A stretch of 38,394 nucleotides of DNA. Origin: Clostridia bacterium (GTDB lineage Bacteria; Bacillota; Clostridia; UMGS1840; HGM11507). The notes below the pieces were generated by a model. It ran no database searches. It was not told the DNA's origin and saw nothing but the letters and a program-made list of their open reading frames with translations. Of this stretch, positions 1 through 9,431 are shown piece by piece. Numbering within the stretch: the stretch's first letter is position 1; the number at the start of each line of letters is the position of its first letter. The position numbers and the translations under genes are program-made. The stretch spans positions 1 to 38,394 of the forward strand of contig JAZOMN010000067.1 of the NCBI GenBank assembly GCA_045654005.1, given 5' to 3'.

Positions 1-15
1 TGATTATAATAAATT

Positions 16-51
16 AAAAACGGACAATCGGTAACCCGATTGAGCGTTTTT
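16..51. terminator. bidirectional hairpin terminator after the cytidylate-kinase-like gene
   Basis: Stem caatcgg (25-31) / ccgattg (36-42) with loop taac, extended by cg/cg. Flanked by an A5 run (16-20) and a T-run (47-51). Confidence 0.6.
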
Positions 52-52
52 A

Positions 53-652
53 TTAATTAAGTTCCATTCTTTCTTTTATGTAACTTTCTAAAAAGTCAAT
101 AGTTTTTTTAAGTCCTAACACACTTGAGTTAATACAAAGATGATAGTTTCTTGAGTCGCCCCATTTACCTTTACAATGGTTGTTGTGATAGGATTTTCTT
201 AAAAAGTCTTTTTTCTTTCTTAGGGCTTCGGCATCTTTTTCGTTTAAGTTATATATTTCCATAATTCTTTTAACTTTTTCTTCGGTGTTACCCAAAACGA
301 AAATTGTTACCATATTTTTATTATGTGAAAGATGATGTTCTGCGCATCTTCCAACGATAACAAACGATTCGCCGTTATCGGCTTTTCCTTGTAAGAATTT
401 AAACTGCATTCTTACTAAATGTTCAGCCATAGATGTCGAGTGACCGTTATGCCTTCTTGTAAATAAAGAAAATCTTGGTTTTTCATCAAATTTGTGAAAT
501 TCGTGTTCGTCAATCCCGAATTCTTCTGCCATACTGTCAAGTAAATTATGATCAAAAAGCGGAATATTAAATCTTTTTGAAAGTTCCTCCGCAATAGCAT
601 GCCCCGCGCTTCCGAATTCTCTGCCTATTGAAATTATAAGTTGTTTACTCAT
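53..652 (-). CDS. cytidylate kinase-like family protein (P-loop NTPase)
   Basis: 199-aa ORF. The N-terminal GREFGSAGH nucleotide-binding-like motif and overall length fit the clostridial cytidylate-kinase-like family. AAGGAG RBS (minus strand) at 661-666, 8 nt from the ATG. Hairpin terminator just downstream (21-46). Confidence 0.75.
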   Translation of the reverse strand: MSKQLIISIGREFGSAGHAIAEELSKRFNIPLFDHNLLDSMAEEFGIDEHEFHKFDEKPRFSLFTRRHNGHSTSMAEHLVRMQFKFLQGKADNGESFVIVGRCAEHHLSHNKNMVTIFVLGNTEEKVKRIMEIYNLNEKDAEALRKKKDFLRKSYHNNHCKGKWGDSRNYHLCINSSVLGLKKTIDFLESYIKERMELN

Positions 653-667
653 AAATTAAACTCCTTT

Positions 668-2020
668 TTATATATATCTTATACAAATAAATACTGTTGA
701 TATAACAAGTACAATTACTGTAGCAGGTACTGAGTATTTGCAGAATTTACCCCAGCCAATCAAGTGACCTTCCTGCGCTGCAGCCGATATGCCGACAACA
801 TTTGCAGAAGCACCGATTGGTGTTGCACATCCACCGATATCTGTACCCATAGAAAGTGACCATGCAAGTGTATCTAAATGAATACCCGATGATATTGAAA
901 GTGTGCGTATAACAGGAATCATTGTTGCTGCAAACGGTATATTATCAACAAATGCACTTGCTATACCTGAAACCCATATAATAATTATAATAAGAAGATA
1001 TTTGCTGTTTCCGCTCAAAACGGCTATATATTCTGCTATAAGTTCCAATATGTGAGTCTGCTCTAAACCACCTACTACTATAAATAATCCTATGAAGAAA
1101 AGTAAAGTTTTATAATCAACTTTCTTTAAAATAATTTTTGTATTCTTACCCGCAAAAACTAATGTGGCAATAGTAACAAAAACACCGATTGATGAAACTG
1201 TAAGTCCTGTCATAGAATGTGTTACAAGCATAACAACTGCTGTTAAGAATATAATTACGCTTATTGTGAAATCTTTTTTGTTCTTTATAGCATCTTTTGC
1301 GTTTAATTTTTCAGAATTTGTATCATTTGCCTTATTTTTCATATCTTTTTTAAACACAAGGCAGAAATATAAAATAATAAAAGGTACGCATATCAATACG
1401 ATAAGCCCTGTATTTACAATAAAATCAAAGAAACTGTAACCCAAAGATGTTCCGATAATAATATTCGGAGGGTCACCACACATTGTTGCACTTCCGCCAA
1501 GATTTGCGCAGAATATTTCTGCAATAATAAGCGGAGCAGGTTTGAATTTTAATATTTTAGCAAGTTCCAGAGTTGCTGATGCTAAGAATAAAATAACTGT
1601 GATACTGTCAATAAACATTGCAAGAACAGTTGACATTATCATAAATGTTATAAATAAAGGTAAGGTTTTGTATTTTACGATTTTAGCAAGGCCTAAACAC
1701 AGCCAACGGAAAAATCCTGATTCTCCCATTCCCTCTACCATAACCATCATACCGGCAATAAACACTATTGTTTCCCAGTTTATTCCCGATGTTACTCCGG
1801 CACTTTCACCATTTGAGTACCAGAAATGAGAAGTTAAAAAACTTTTTAAATTAAGTGTGTCCCATATTGCAGTTAAACTTCCCATACATATTCCGAATAC
1901 CAGAACCAGCATAAGTAAACCGCAGGCTAATGTAACAATATGCCTTTCAATCTTATCTGTAACAATGGCAAGGAACATGAAAATAAAGATTAAAACTGCA
2001 AAAATTTGTGCAATTTCCAT
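668..2020 (-). CDS. ArsB/NhaD (CitMHS/SLC13-like) family ion permease
   Basis: 450-aa polytopic membrane ORF with two hydrophobic halves split by a charged loop (KKDMKNKANDTNSEK). The ANLGGSATMCGDPPN motif is typical of ArsB/NhaD-type anion permeases. Confidence 0.75.
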   Translation of the reverse strand: MEIAQIFAVLIFIFMFLAIVTDKIERHIVTLACGLLMLVLVFGICMGSLTAIWDTLNLKSFLTSHFWYSNGESAGVTSGINWETIVFIAGMMVMVEGMGESGFFRWLCLGLAKIVKYKTLPLFITFMIMSTVLAMFIDSITVILFLASATLELAKILKFKPAPLIIAEIFCANLGGSATMCGDPPNIIIGTSLGYSFFDFIVNTGLIVLICVPFIILYFCLVFKKDMKNKANDTNSEKLNAKDAIKNKKDFTISVIIFLTAVVMLVTHSMTGLTVSSIGVFVTIATLVFAGKNTKIILKKVDYKTLLFFIGLFIVVGGLEQTHILELIAEYIAVLSGNSKYLLIIIIIWVSGIASAFVDNIPFAATMIPVIRTLSISSGIHLDTLAWSLSMGTDIGGCATPIGASANVVGISAAAQEGHLIGWGKFCKYSVPATVIVLVISTVFICIRYI

Positions 2021-2137
2021 TTAAATCCCCTTCTTTCTCAATTATATTGTATTACAACATAAGAGAAAAGTCAATTTTTAAAATAGATAAAAAAATAGTT
2101 TTTTTAAAGCTTTTCTTGTTGAAATTGCAATAAGTTA

Positions 2138-2166
2138 TTGTAAGATTAAAAAAAGTATTATATAAT
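2138..2166 (+). promoter_or_regulatory. candidate sigma-A promoter (TTGTAA-17-TATAAT) firing into the GCGATAT array
   Basis: -35 ttgtaa at 2138-2143, 17-nt spacer, -10 tataat at 2161-2166. The predicted TSS near 2173 coincides with the first hairpin of the array. Confidence 0.45.
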
Positions 2167-2170
2167 GATT

Positions 2171-2372
2171 TCAAGCCGAGCTTGAAATCAGCGATATAAA
2201 TTCCTGACGGAATTTGCGATATGTACTTCGTACGCGATATATCTTTGATGCGATATGTTGCCTTGCGGTAACGAGAAAGGAATTTATATTATATCGCAAC
2301 GGAGTAAAACAGAGTTATATCGCATTTGAGTATGATGAAAATATATCGCACGAGCGTGAGCGAGTATATCAC
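2171..2372. repeat. array of GCGATAT heptamers (4 forward, 4 reverse) interleaved with short unique palindromes
   Basis: Forward GCGATAT at 2191, 2216, 2234 and 2250. Reverse ATATCGC at 2291, 2317 and 2343, and ATATCAC at 2366. Forward spacers are palindromes: aaattcc-tgac-ggaattt, gtac-ttc-gtac, atc-ttt-gat, gttgcc-ttgc-ggtaac. The array is preceded by tcaagc-cga-gcttga. Confidence 0.9.
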
Positions 2373-2451
2373 TAAAATTAGCACCATCTGAATTGTTTAT
2401 TGGTTTTATAATAAAATATAATAAATTAAAAAAGAAAAAGGAGATTTAATT

Positions 2452-3183
2452 ATGCTTGATTTTACAAAAACCGCAGATGATATAGTAAACGCGGCATCTC
2501 AACTTGCTATACTTCCTATAGGTTCAACTGAACAGCACGGTCCGCATCTTCCGATGTGTACCGATTATACGGTTGCAACCGAAATATCAAAACTAATTGC
2601 CGAAAAAACGGGAGCATATCTTCTTCCTACCTTGCCTATAAGTACCTGCTATGAACATAAAGGGAAAAAAGGCAGCGTGTGGATGAAACCTGATACTTTT
2701 TATAAAGTTATCCAGGATATAGTTCTTTGTTTAAAAGACCAGGGATTTACAAAAGTAGCCGTTGTACTTGGGCATGGGGGGATATTTGTTGCAACACCTG
2801 CTATCAGAGAACTTAATGCAATGTATGACGGGCTTAAAGTTGCCAAAATAGATTTTCTTCAGTTCTTTGGAACTAAGGAAATGCTTGAAGTTTTAGAATG
2901 TTCTGACAATCTTCATGCCTGTGAATATGAAACTTCTTTAATGCTTTATTTAAAAGAAGAATGTGTTAAAAAGGAAAAAATCAAGGATGCAGACTTTATT
3001 CCTCCATATCCGAGAGACTTTTTGAACTATGTTTCGCTTGTTAAATTAAGTGATACGGGCGTTTGGGGTAAACCGTCACTTGGCACTAAAGAAAAAGGGG
3101 AAAAGATTGTTAAAATACTTGTTGAAAAAAGCATAGAGTATATGGACAAAGTATTTAATACTATGGATGATAAAGCGTGGTAA
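2452..3183 (+). CDS. creatininase-family amidohydrolase
   Basis: 243-aa ORF with the creatininase-family signature LPIGSTEQHGPHLP plus downstream GHGG and CEYETS motifs. AAAGGAG RBS at 2437-2443. Confidence 0.85.
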   Translation: MLDFTKTADDIVNAASQLAILPIGSTEQHGPHLPMCTDYTVATEISKLIAEKTGAYLLPTLPISTCYEHKGKKGSVWMKPDTFYKVIQDIVLCLKDQGFTKVAVVLGHGGIFVATPAIRELNAMYDGLKVAKIDFLQFFGTKEMLEVLECSDNLHACEYETSLMLYLKEECVKKEKIKDADFIPPYPRDFLNYVSLVKLSDTGVWGKPSLGTKEKGEKIVKILVEKSIEYMDKVFNTMDDKAW

Positions 3184-3472
3184 TATTTCCAAGTCTTTTT
3201 AACGAAATTTTTCATTTTATATTCCAGAAATTACTGCAAAAATACGAAAGTATTATTGTACTATAATTTAATAATAATATTTGACTTTTTGTTTGCGTTG
3301 TGATATATTAAAAGTAGAATTTATTAAAAACGGCTAAAAAATTGAAAAAAATAATAAAAAATATCCACAGATTTAAAAAAATCCACAATGTCGAAAAAAC
3401 CATAAGCAAAGGGGTTTTGAACGGTTTTTTTATCAAATGAAGATTTTTTTGTGTATCAATGAAAATATTTTG

Positions 3473-3501
3473 TTTACAAGTGGAATGTTTTTAATTATAA
3501 T
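3473..3501 (+). promoter_or_regulatory. candidate sigma-A promoter of the ABC permease operon
   Basis: TTTACA (3473-3478), 17-nt spacer, TATAAT (3496-3501). Confidence 0.5.
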
Positions 3502-3556
3502 GATATCATCAAAATAAAACGATTTTTCAGTCGACTAAAATAAGGGGGACAAAAAA

Positions 3557-4501
3557 ATGGCAAAAACTTCTACAACTGTTGTCATGAAGAAGAAAAGCTT
3601 TGCAAGAAGAATTCTTGACGATTGGCAGCTTATATTATTGGCTTTGCCCGGTTTCATTTTCTACATTATCTTCAGATACGGACCAATGTACGGGGTGTCA
3701 ATTGCATTTAAAGATTACGGTATATTCTTAGGTATCTTCGGAAGCCCATGGGAAGATCCATGGTACTATAACTTCCAGATGTTCTTCTCGTCAGGGGACT
3801 TCTGGCCGCTACTTAGAAATACTTTTGCACTTGGATGTTACACTCTTTTATTCTCATTCCCTATGCCGATTATATTTGCATTGTTCTTAAATGAGATAAA
3901 GAATATTAAATTTAAAAAACTTACACAAACTATTACATATTTACCATCACTATTATCAATGGTTGTTGTATGTTCAATGGCTATCGATATGTTATCTCCA
4001 AGTTCAGGTATTATTAACAAACTTATTGTTGCTCTTGGCGGAGAATCGATTTACTTTATGATTAAACCTGAATGGTTCAGAACCATTTATATTTTAATAA
4101 GTATATGGCACGGATTTGGTTCAGGTGCGGTTATCTACATTGCTGCACTCGGCGGTGTTGACCCTCAACTTTACGAAGCAGCAAGAATTGACGGTTGTTC
4201 AAGAATGAAACAAATCTGGCATGTATCAATTCCTTCTATTTTACCAACTGTTGTTCTTATGTTTATCATGAGATCAGGTGCTATTATCAACATTGGTTAT
4301 GAACAGGTATTGTTACTATACAATGCTGCTACTTATGAAGTTGCCGATATATTCGGAACATTCGTTTACAGAAAAGGTATTTTGGAAACTAACTACAGTT
4401 ATTCAACTGCAGTAAGTTTATTCCAATCAATAGTTGCGTTATTCTTCGTTATTTGTTCTAACACACTTAGCAAGAAAGTTAACGAAACAAGTTTATGGTA
4501 A
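3557..4501 (+). CDS. carbohydrate ABC transporter permease (LplB/MalF-like, CUT1)
   Basis: 314-aa six-TM ORF with an EAA-type loop (YEAARIDGCSRMKQIWHVSIPSI). GGGGGA RBS at 3544-3549. Confidence 0.85.
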   Translation: MAKTSTTVVMKKKSFARRILDDWQLILLALPGFIFYIIFRYGPMYGVSIAFKDYGIFLGIFGSPWEDPWYYNFQMFFSSGDFWPLLRNTFALGCYTLLFSFPMPIIFALFLNEIKNIKFKKLTQTITYLPSLLSMVVVCSMAIDMLSPSSGIINKLIVALGGESIYFMIKPEWFRTIYILISIWHGFGSGAVIYIAALGGVDPQLYEAARIDGCSRMKQIWHVSIPSILPTVVLMFIMRSGAIINIGYEQVLLLYNAATYEVADIFGTFVYRKGILETNYSYSTAVSLFQSIVALFFVICSNTLSKKVNETSLW

Positions 4502-4516
4502 TAGGAGGTAGAAACA

Positions 4517-5431
4517 GTGAGTATATTTACTAAAAAGAACGCAGAAGAAAAAGAATTTCATAACAAGAAGAACAGACTTGACAGATGGACTCTTTTTGAC
4601 TATATAAACGCGTTTATAATGATTCTTCTTATATTTATAACACTTTATCCAGTTTGGTACGTACTTTGTATTTCACTAAGTTCTACCGCAGCAATCAACC
4701 AGGGTGCAGTAACATTCTGGCCGGTTGGATTTAACTTTGATGCTTATTTTGAAATTCTTGATACACCGAAAATTCCAAGAGCATACCTTAACACCCTTGT
4801 TTATACAGGTGTTGGTACTTTCTGTAGTGTGCTTATGACAATTCTTTTCGCGTATCCTTTATCAAGAAGAAATTTCGTATTCAGAAAACCTCTTATGATT
4901 ATGGTTACAATCACAATGTTCTTCTCAGGTGGTATGATTCCTTCATTCCTTCTTGTTAAAGAACTTGGTTTGTTAGATACAATGTGGTCACTTGTTATTC
5001 CTGCTTTAATTGCAACTTATGACCTTATCGTTATGAGAAGTTTCTTTGAAACAATACCAAATGAAGTTTACGAAGCTGCAGTTGTTGACGGTGCAAATGA
5101 ATTTAAGATTTTAACTACAATCTTTGTTCCTCTTGCAAAACCTGCTATCGCATCTATTTCTCTTTTCTATATAAGAGGTCAGTGGAACAGCTTCCTTACA
5201 CCATCTATTTACTTAACAACTGCTGAAAAATATCCTCTACAGGTTATTTTAAGAGATATGTTAATTAATATGACAGGTCAGAACGCGAACGACCTTGAAG
5301 AAAGTAGATTTACACCTGAAGCACTTAAGAATGCGACAATCTTCGTATCAGTATTGCCATTCTTACTAATCTATCCTTTCATACAAAAATACTTTGTAAA
5401 AGGTTTAACACTTGGTGCTGTTAAAGGATAA
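4517..5431 (+). CDS. carbohydrate ABC transporter permease (LplC/MalG-like, CUT1)
   Basis: 304-aa ORF with a GTG start 8 nt after AGGAGG (4503-4508). EAA loop YEAAVVDGANEFKILTTIFVPLAKP. Rho-independent terminator at 5448-5474. Confidence 0.85.
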   Translation: MSIFTKKNAEEKEFHNKKNRLDRWTLFDYINAFIMILLIFITLYPVWYVLCISLSSTAAINQGAVTFWPVGFNFDAYFEILDTPKIPRAYLNTLVYTGVGTFCSVLMTILFAYPLSRRNFVFRKPLMIMVTITMFFSGGMIPSFLLVKELGLLDTMWSLVIPALIATYDLIVMRSFFETIPNEVYEAAVVDGANEFKILTTIFVPLAKPAIASISLFYIRGQWNSFLTPSIYLTTAEKYPLQVILRDMLINMTGQNANDLEESRFTPEALKNATIFVSVLPFLLIYPFIQKYFVKGLTLGAVKG

Positions 5432-5447
5432 AATAAAAAATTTTACG

Positions 5448-5474
5448 GACCCGACATCAGTCGGGTCTTTTTTT
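5448..5474 (+). terminator. rho-independent terminator of the ABC permease operon
   Basis: Stem gacccgac (5448-5455) / gtcgggtc (5460-5467), loop atca, followed by T7. Confidence 0.8.
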
Positions 5475-5584
5475 ATAGTTATTTTCGAGAAAATAGATGC
5501 GGGAATTTCTTTCAAGTTGACATAATGGGGATAATTTGGTATGATAAAAGAAGACGAAAATTTAAAAATAAAGGAATATTTAAT

Positions 5585-7093
5585 ATGAAAAAGTCATTTT
5601 TTATATTTTTAATAATAAGTTTATTCTTTGCTCTTACCTTTAGTGTCAGTGCTGACTATGATGTGTCAGAAAGGGCAAGGATTGGAATTAAATACGCAAG
5701 CAGTGCAGTATCTTCTCCGTCAGTTTCTTCAACTACAGGAAGTTTTGATTTTTCTTTTGTAGGTGAGGGAATAACTCAATTTGCAACTTTTAGCACAAAG
5801 AGTATAACGGTAAGTTCTTATTCTTCTTATCTTGTAGCTGAACAGTCATATTTTGAGAATTTTGATACGGCTCTTTCATACTGTGCACAAAGAGAAAATA
5901 TGATACCTTTTATAAAAGATAATGTAATTTACGCTGTTTATCACGGGTTGAACACTATAGACGAGGCAAATGTATGTTTAGAGAATGCAAAACTTTATAA
6001 TGAAACTTCCTATGTAATTTCGCCTGATGCAAATTTAATTAAAGTTTCTGATAAAAGCGGAAAAGCGATTTTTATATTTTCTCAAAGCGAAAGTATAAAA
6101 CTTGGGATAAGTGCATCAGATAATGGGCTTATGGATTTTGGAAATCAGGATACGTACAGGGATATAATAGAATTTATAAGAGTTGGGAACTCTTTTAATC
6201 TTATAAGCAATCTTACAATGCAGCATTATCTTTACTCTGTTGTACCTGCAGAAATCGGTGCATCAGCACCGCTTGAAGCACAAAAAGCACAGGCGGTATG
6301 TGCAAGAACATACTATGAAGAAAATATAGGAAGGCATAAAAATGACGGATTTTCTCTTTGTGGTACTACTCATTGCCAGATGTATATCGGTACTAAATGG
6401 GAAAGAGAACAATCAAACAGGGCAGTTGATGAGACTGAAAATATGATTTTAACATATAATGGGAAACCGATAAGCGCAGTATATTTTGCTCATTCAGGCG
6501 GAGTTACTGCAAATGTAGAAGATGTGTGGGGAAACCCTTATCCTTATTTAAAATCTGCAGACGATAAATATTGCACAGACTATACATGGGAAGTAACAAT
6601 AGATTATGATAACCTTACTGAAAAAATGAAAAATAATGGTTATAATATCGGCGAGGTAACAAATGTTAAAATTACTAAAACATCCGATTACGGACTTGTT
6701 ACTGAACTTTTAATTTCAGGAACAAAGGGCGAACAGAAATTTTTAAGGGAAAAGGCAAGGACAATTTTATCTTTAAAGAGCCAGAATTTTACCATTCCGT
6801 CTGAAAATATAACAAAATTTGCGAAGACTAAAAAAGGAACTGAAACTGTTACAGTATCAAAAATACTTACTAAAGACGGGGTTAAGGAAATAACGGATGA
6901 GGTCAGTGTTATAAACGGAAATAAAAACATTTCAACTCTTACAAAAAAAGCGGGAAATATTATTTACGGAAAAGGGTACGGGCATCATGTAGGATTTTCC
7001 CAGCACGGAGCAATGGAATATGCAAAAGAGGGTTGGGACTATATAAAAATATTAAAACATTACTATCAGGGTGTTGAAATAGAGGGAGAATAA
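5585..7093 (+). CDS. SpoIID/LytB domain-containing protein (secreted)
   Basis: The ORF track starts at 5525. The internal ATG at 5585 ([23 protein letters not shown] signal peptide) is the more likely start. SpoIID/LytB motifs are present: [38 protein letters not shown]. Confidence 0.8.
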   Translation: MKKSFFIFLIISLFFALTFSVSADYDVSERARIGIKYASSAVSSPSVSSTTGSFDFSFVGEGITQFATFSTKSITVSSYSSYLVAEQSYFENFDTALSYCAQRENMIPFIKDNVIYAVYHGLNTIDEANVCLENAKLYNETSYVISPDANLIKVSDKSGKAIFIFSQSESIKLGISASDNGLMDFGNQDTYRDIIEFIRVGNSFNLISNLTMQHYLYSVVPAEIGASAPLEAQKAQAVCARTYYEENIGRHKNDGFSLCGTTHCQMYIGTKWEREQSNRAVDETENMILTYNGKPISAVYFAHSGGVTANVEDVWGNPYPYLKSADDKYCTDYTWEVTIDYDNLTEKMKNNGYNIGEVTNVKITKTSDYGLVTELLISGTKGEQKFLREKARTILSLKSQNFTIPSENITKFAKTKKGTETVTVSKILTKDGVKEITDEVSVINGNKNISTLTKKAGNIIYGKGYGHHVGFSQHGAMEYAKEGWDYIKILKHYYQGVEIEGE

Positions 7094-7095
7094 TT

Positions 7096-8130
7096 TTGGC
7101 AGATTTTACTTTAAGCGATTTTTATTATGATTTACCTGAGGAACTTATTGCACAAACTCCACTTAAGGACAGGGCAAGTTCCAGACTTCTTATTTTAAAT
7201 AAAGAGTCAGGGGATATCACACACAGAACTTTTAAGGATATAAAAGAATATTTAAATCCAGGGGATTTACTTGTAATGAATAACACAAGGGTTATTCCTG
7301 CAAGGCTTTACGGCATAAAAAAGGGTACAGGCTCTAAAATAGAATTTTTGCTTTTAAAAAGAATTGACCTTACAAAATGGGAAGTTATATTAAAACCCGG
7401 CAAAAAGGCAAGAGAGGGTGCAGAATTCGAGTTTGGAGAGGGCCTTTTATTTGCTAAGGTAATTAAGGTTAAACAAGATGGCAACAGAATAGTTGAATTT
7501 TCTTTTAACGGAGTTTTTGAGGATATTTTGGATAAGTTAGGGCAGATGCCCCTACCTCCTTATATAAAAGAAAAACTTGACGATAAGGAAAGGTATCAGA
7601 CTGTTTATTCAAAATTTGAAGGTTCGGCGGCAGCACCTACTGCAGGACTTCATTTTACAAATGAACTTTTAGAGGAAATAAAAGCACTTGGTGTCAATCT
7701 TGCTTTTGTAACTTTGCATGTGGGTCTTGGCACATTCAGACCGGTTAAATGTGATAACATAAAAGAACATAAGATGCACAGCGAACATTTTTTTATAGAT
7801 AAAAAAACCTGTGATTTAATAAACGAAACTAAAGAAAGAGGCAATAAGGTTATTGCAGTCGGTACTACATCGGTAAGAGTTTTAGAATCGGTTGCAGATG
7901 AGTCGGGACATTTAGAGCCGACAGAATCGGATACTGAAATATTTATATATCCAGGATATAAATTCAAGGTTGTAGATAAACTTATTACTAATTTTCATCT
8001 GCCTGAATCGACTTTAATTATGCTTGTAAGCGCACTTTCGGACAAAGAGAAGATATTTAAAGCGTATAATGAAGCGGTAAATGAAAGATACAGATTTTTT
8101 AGTTTCGGCGATGCAATGTTTATTCAATGA
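7096..8130 (+). CDS. queA: S-adenosylmethionine:tRNA ribosyltransferase-isomerase
   Basis: 344-aa ORF with a TTG start 7 nt after GGGAG. Conserved QueA blocks: [12 protein letters not shown]-type N-terminus, [34 protein letters not shown]. Confidence 0.95.
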   Translation: MADFTLSDFYYDLPEELIAQTPLKDRASSRLLILNKESGDITHRTFKDIKEYLNPGDLLVMNNTRVIPARLYGIKKGTGSKIEFLLLKRIDLTKWEVILKPGKKAREGAEFEFGEGLLFAKVIKVKQDGNRIVEFSFNGVFEDILDKLGQMPLPPYIKEKLDDKERYQTVYSKFEGSAAAPTAGLHFTNELLEEIKALGVNLAFVTLHVGLGTFRPVKCDNIKEHKMHSEHFFIDKKTCDLINETKERGNKVIAVGTTSVRVLESVADESGHLEPTESDTEIFIYPGYKFKVVDKLITNFHLPESTLIMLVSALSDKEKIFKAYNEAVNERYRFFSFGDAMFIQ

Positions 8131-8150
8131 TAAAATCATTGAATAAACAA

Positions 8151-8185
8151 GTGAAGAGGTAATAGTGAAGAGTGAAGAGGTAAGG
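8151..8185 (+). repeat. five tandem heptads (GTGAAGA GGTAATA GTGAAGA GTGAAGA GGTAAGG) between queA and tgt
   Basis: Read directly. The 12-mer GTGAAGAGGTAA occurs at 8151 and 8172. Confidence 0.8.
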
Positions 8186-8229
8186 TGTCGGCTTTGCCGA
8201 CCAATTTACATTAAAAAGGATAATAGATT

Positions 8230-9360
8230 ATGTTTAAACTTATAAAAACTAACAATAAAGCAAGACTTGGAGAATTCCATACACCGCATGGGGTTATTAA
8301 AACTCCTGTGTTTATGAATGTAGGGACTTGTGCCGCAATTAAGGGCGGTGTTTCTACTCTTGATTTAAAAAATATAGGAACACAGGTGCAACTTTCAAAC
8401 ACTTATCATCTGCATGTAAGACCGGGTGATGAAGTGGTTAAAAAACTCGGCGGACTTCACAAATTTATGAACTGGGATAAACCTATTCTTACTGACAGTG
8501 GAGGCTTTCAGGTTTTTTCTTTAGCAAAACTTCGAAAAATAAAAGAAGAAGGCGTTTATTTTAATTCCCATATTGACGGTAAAAAAATCTTTATGGGTCC
8601 AAAAGAAAGTATGCAAATTCAATCCAACTTGGCATCTACTATTGCAATGGCTTTTGACGAGTGTATTGAAAATCCGTCTCCTTATAAATATGTTAAAAAT
8701 TCGATTGACCGTACTACAAGATGGCTTAAAATCTGCCGTGAAGAGATGGACAGATTAAATTCACTTGATGATACTATAAATAAAAAACAGATGCTTTTTG
8801 GTATAAACCAAGGCTCTACCTATGCAGACTTAAGAATTGAGCATATGAAAGAGATAAGAGAAATAGACTGCGAGGGGTTTGCAATAGGCGGACTTGCTGT
8901 GGGCGAGACGAGTGAAGAAATGTATCACATAATTGAAAATGTTGAGCCGTATATGCCGATTGATAAACCGAGATACCTTATGGGAGTTGGTACACCTGTT
9001 AACATTATTGAAGCGGTGAGCAGAGGGGTAGATTTCTTTGACTGTGTTATGCCGTCTAGAAATGCAAGGCACAGCCATTTATTCACATCAAAAGGGATTA
9101 TAAATCTTATGAACGCAAAATATGAACTTGACGATAGCCCGATTGATGAAAACTGCGATTGCGAAACCTGTAGAAACTATTCCAAAGCATATATAAGGCA
9201 TTTATTCAAAGCAAAAGAGGCACTTGCTCTTAAGTTAAGCGTTACTCATAATTTAAGATTTTATAATAAACTTATGGAAGATATAAGAGCTTCGATTGAA
9301 AATGATACTTTTGATTTATTTAAAAAATATGTAATAGAAAATTATGGGAGAAGACTGTAA
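8230..9360 (+). CDS. tgt: queuine tRNA-ribosyltransferase
   Basis: 376-aa ORF. Tgt motifs: LTDSGGFQV, GFAIGGLAVGE, YLMGVGTP and the zinc site CDCETC...H. Follows queA as in many Firmicutes. Terminator at 9395-9424. Confidence 0.95.
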   Translation: MFKLIKTNNKARLGEFHTPHGVIKTPVFMNVGTCAAIKGGVSTLDLKNIGTQVQLSNTYHLHVRPGDEVVKKLGGLHKFMNWDKPILTDSGGFQVFSLAKLRKIKEEGVYFNSHIDGKKIFMGPKESMQIQSNLASTIAMAFDECIENPSPYKYVKNSIDRTTRWLKICREEMDRLNSLDDTINKKQMLFGINQGSTYADLRIEHMKEIREIDCEGFAIGGLAVGETSEEMYHIIENVEPYMPIDKPRYLMGVGTPVNIIEAVSRGVDFFDCVMPSRNARHSHLFTSKGIINLMNAKYELDDSPIDENCDCETCRNYSKAYIRHLFKAKEALALKLSVTHNLRFYNKLMEDIRASIENDTFDLFKKYVIENYGRRL

Positions 9361-9365
9361 TTAAA

Positions 9366-9386
9366 TGCAAAGTGCAGAATGCAGAA
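9366..9386 (+). repeat. three tandem heptamers TGCAAAG TGCAGAA TGCAGAA after the tgt stop
   Basis: Read directly at 9366-9372, 9373-9379 and 9380-9386. Confidence 0.8.
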
Positions 9387-9389
9387 TTC

Positions 9390-9424
9390 AAAAAGGTGAA
9401 ATCATTATATGATTTCACCTTTTT
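9390..9424. terminator. bidirectional terminator between tgt (+) and the csaB operon (-)
   Basis: 11-bp stem ggtgaaatcat (9395-9405) / atgatttcacc (9409-9419) flanked by A5 and T5. Confidence 0.8.
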
Positions 9425-9431
9425 AGTTATT

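Noticed and set aside
2191-2372. Possible CRISPR array (regularly spaced short repeats with unique spacers).
   Set aside because: The repeats are only 7 nt and the spacers 9-19 nt, whereas CRISPR has about 24-48 nt repeats and about 26-72 nt spacers. The spacers are themselves palindromes, half the repeats are inverted, and no cas genes or leader are present in the window.
8184-8229. preQ1 riboswitch upstream of tgt (small hairpin followed by an A-rich tail next to the RBS).
   Set aside because: The hairpin gtcggc-ttt-gccgac has only a 3-nt loop and lacks the conserved loop and tail nucleotides of preQ1-I/II/III aptamers. Also, tgt is not a usual preQ1-regulated gene.
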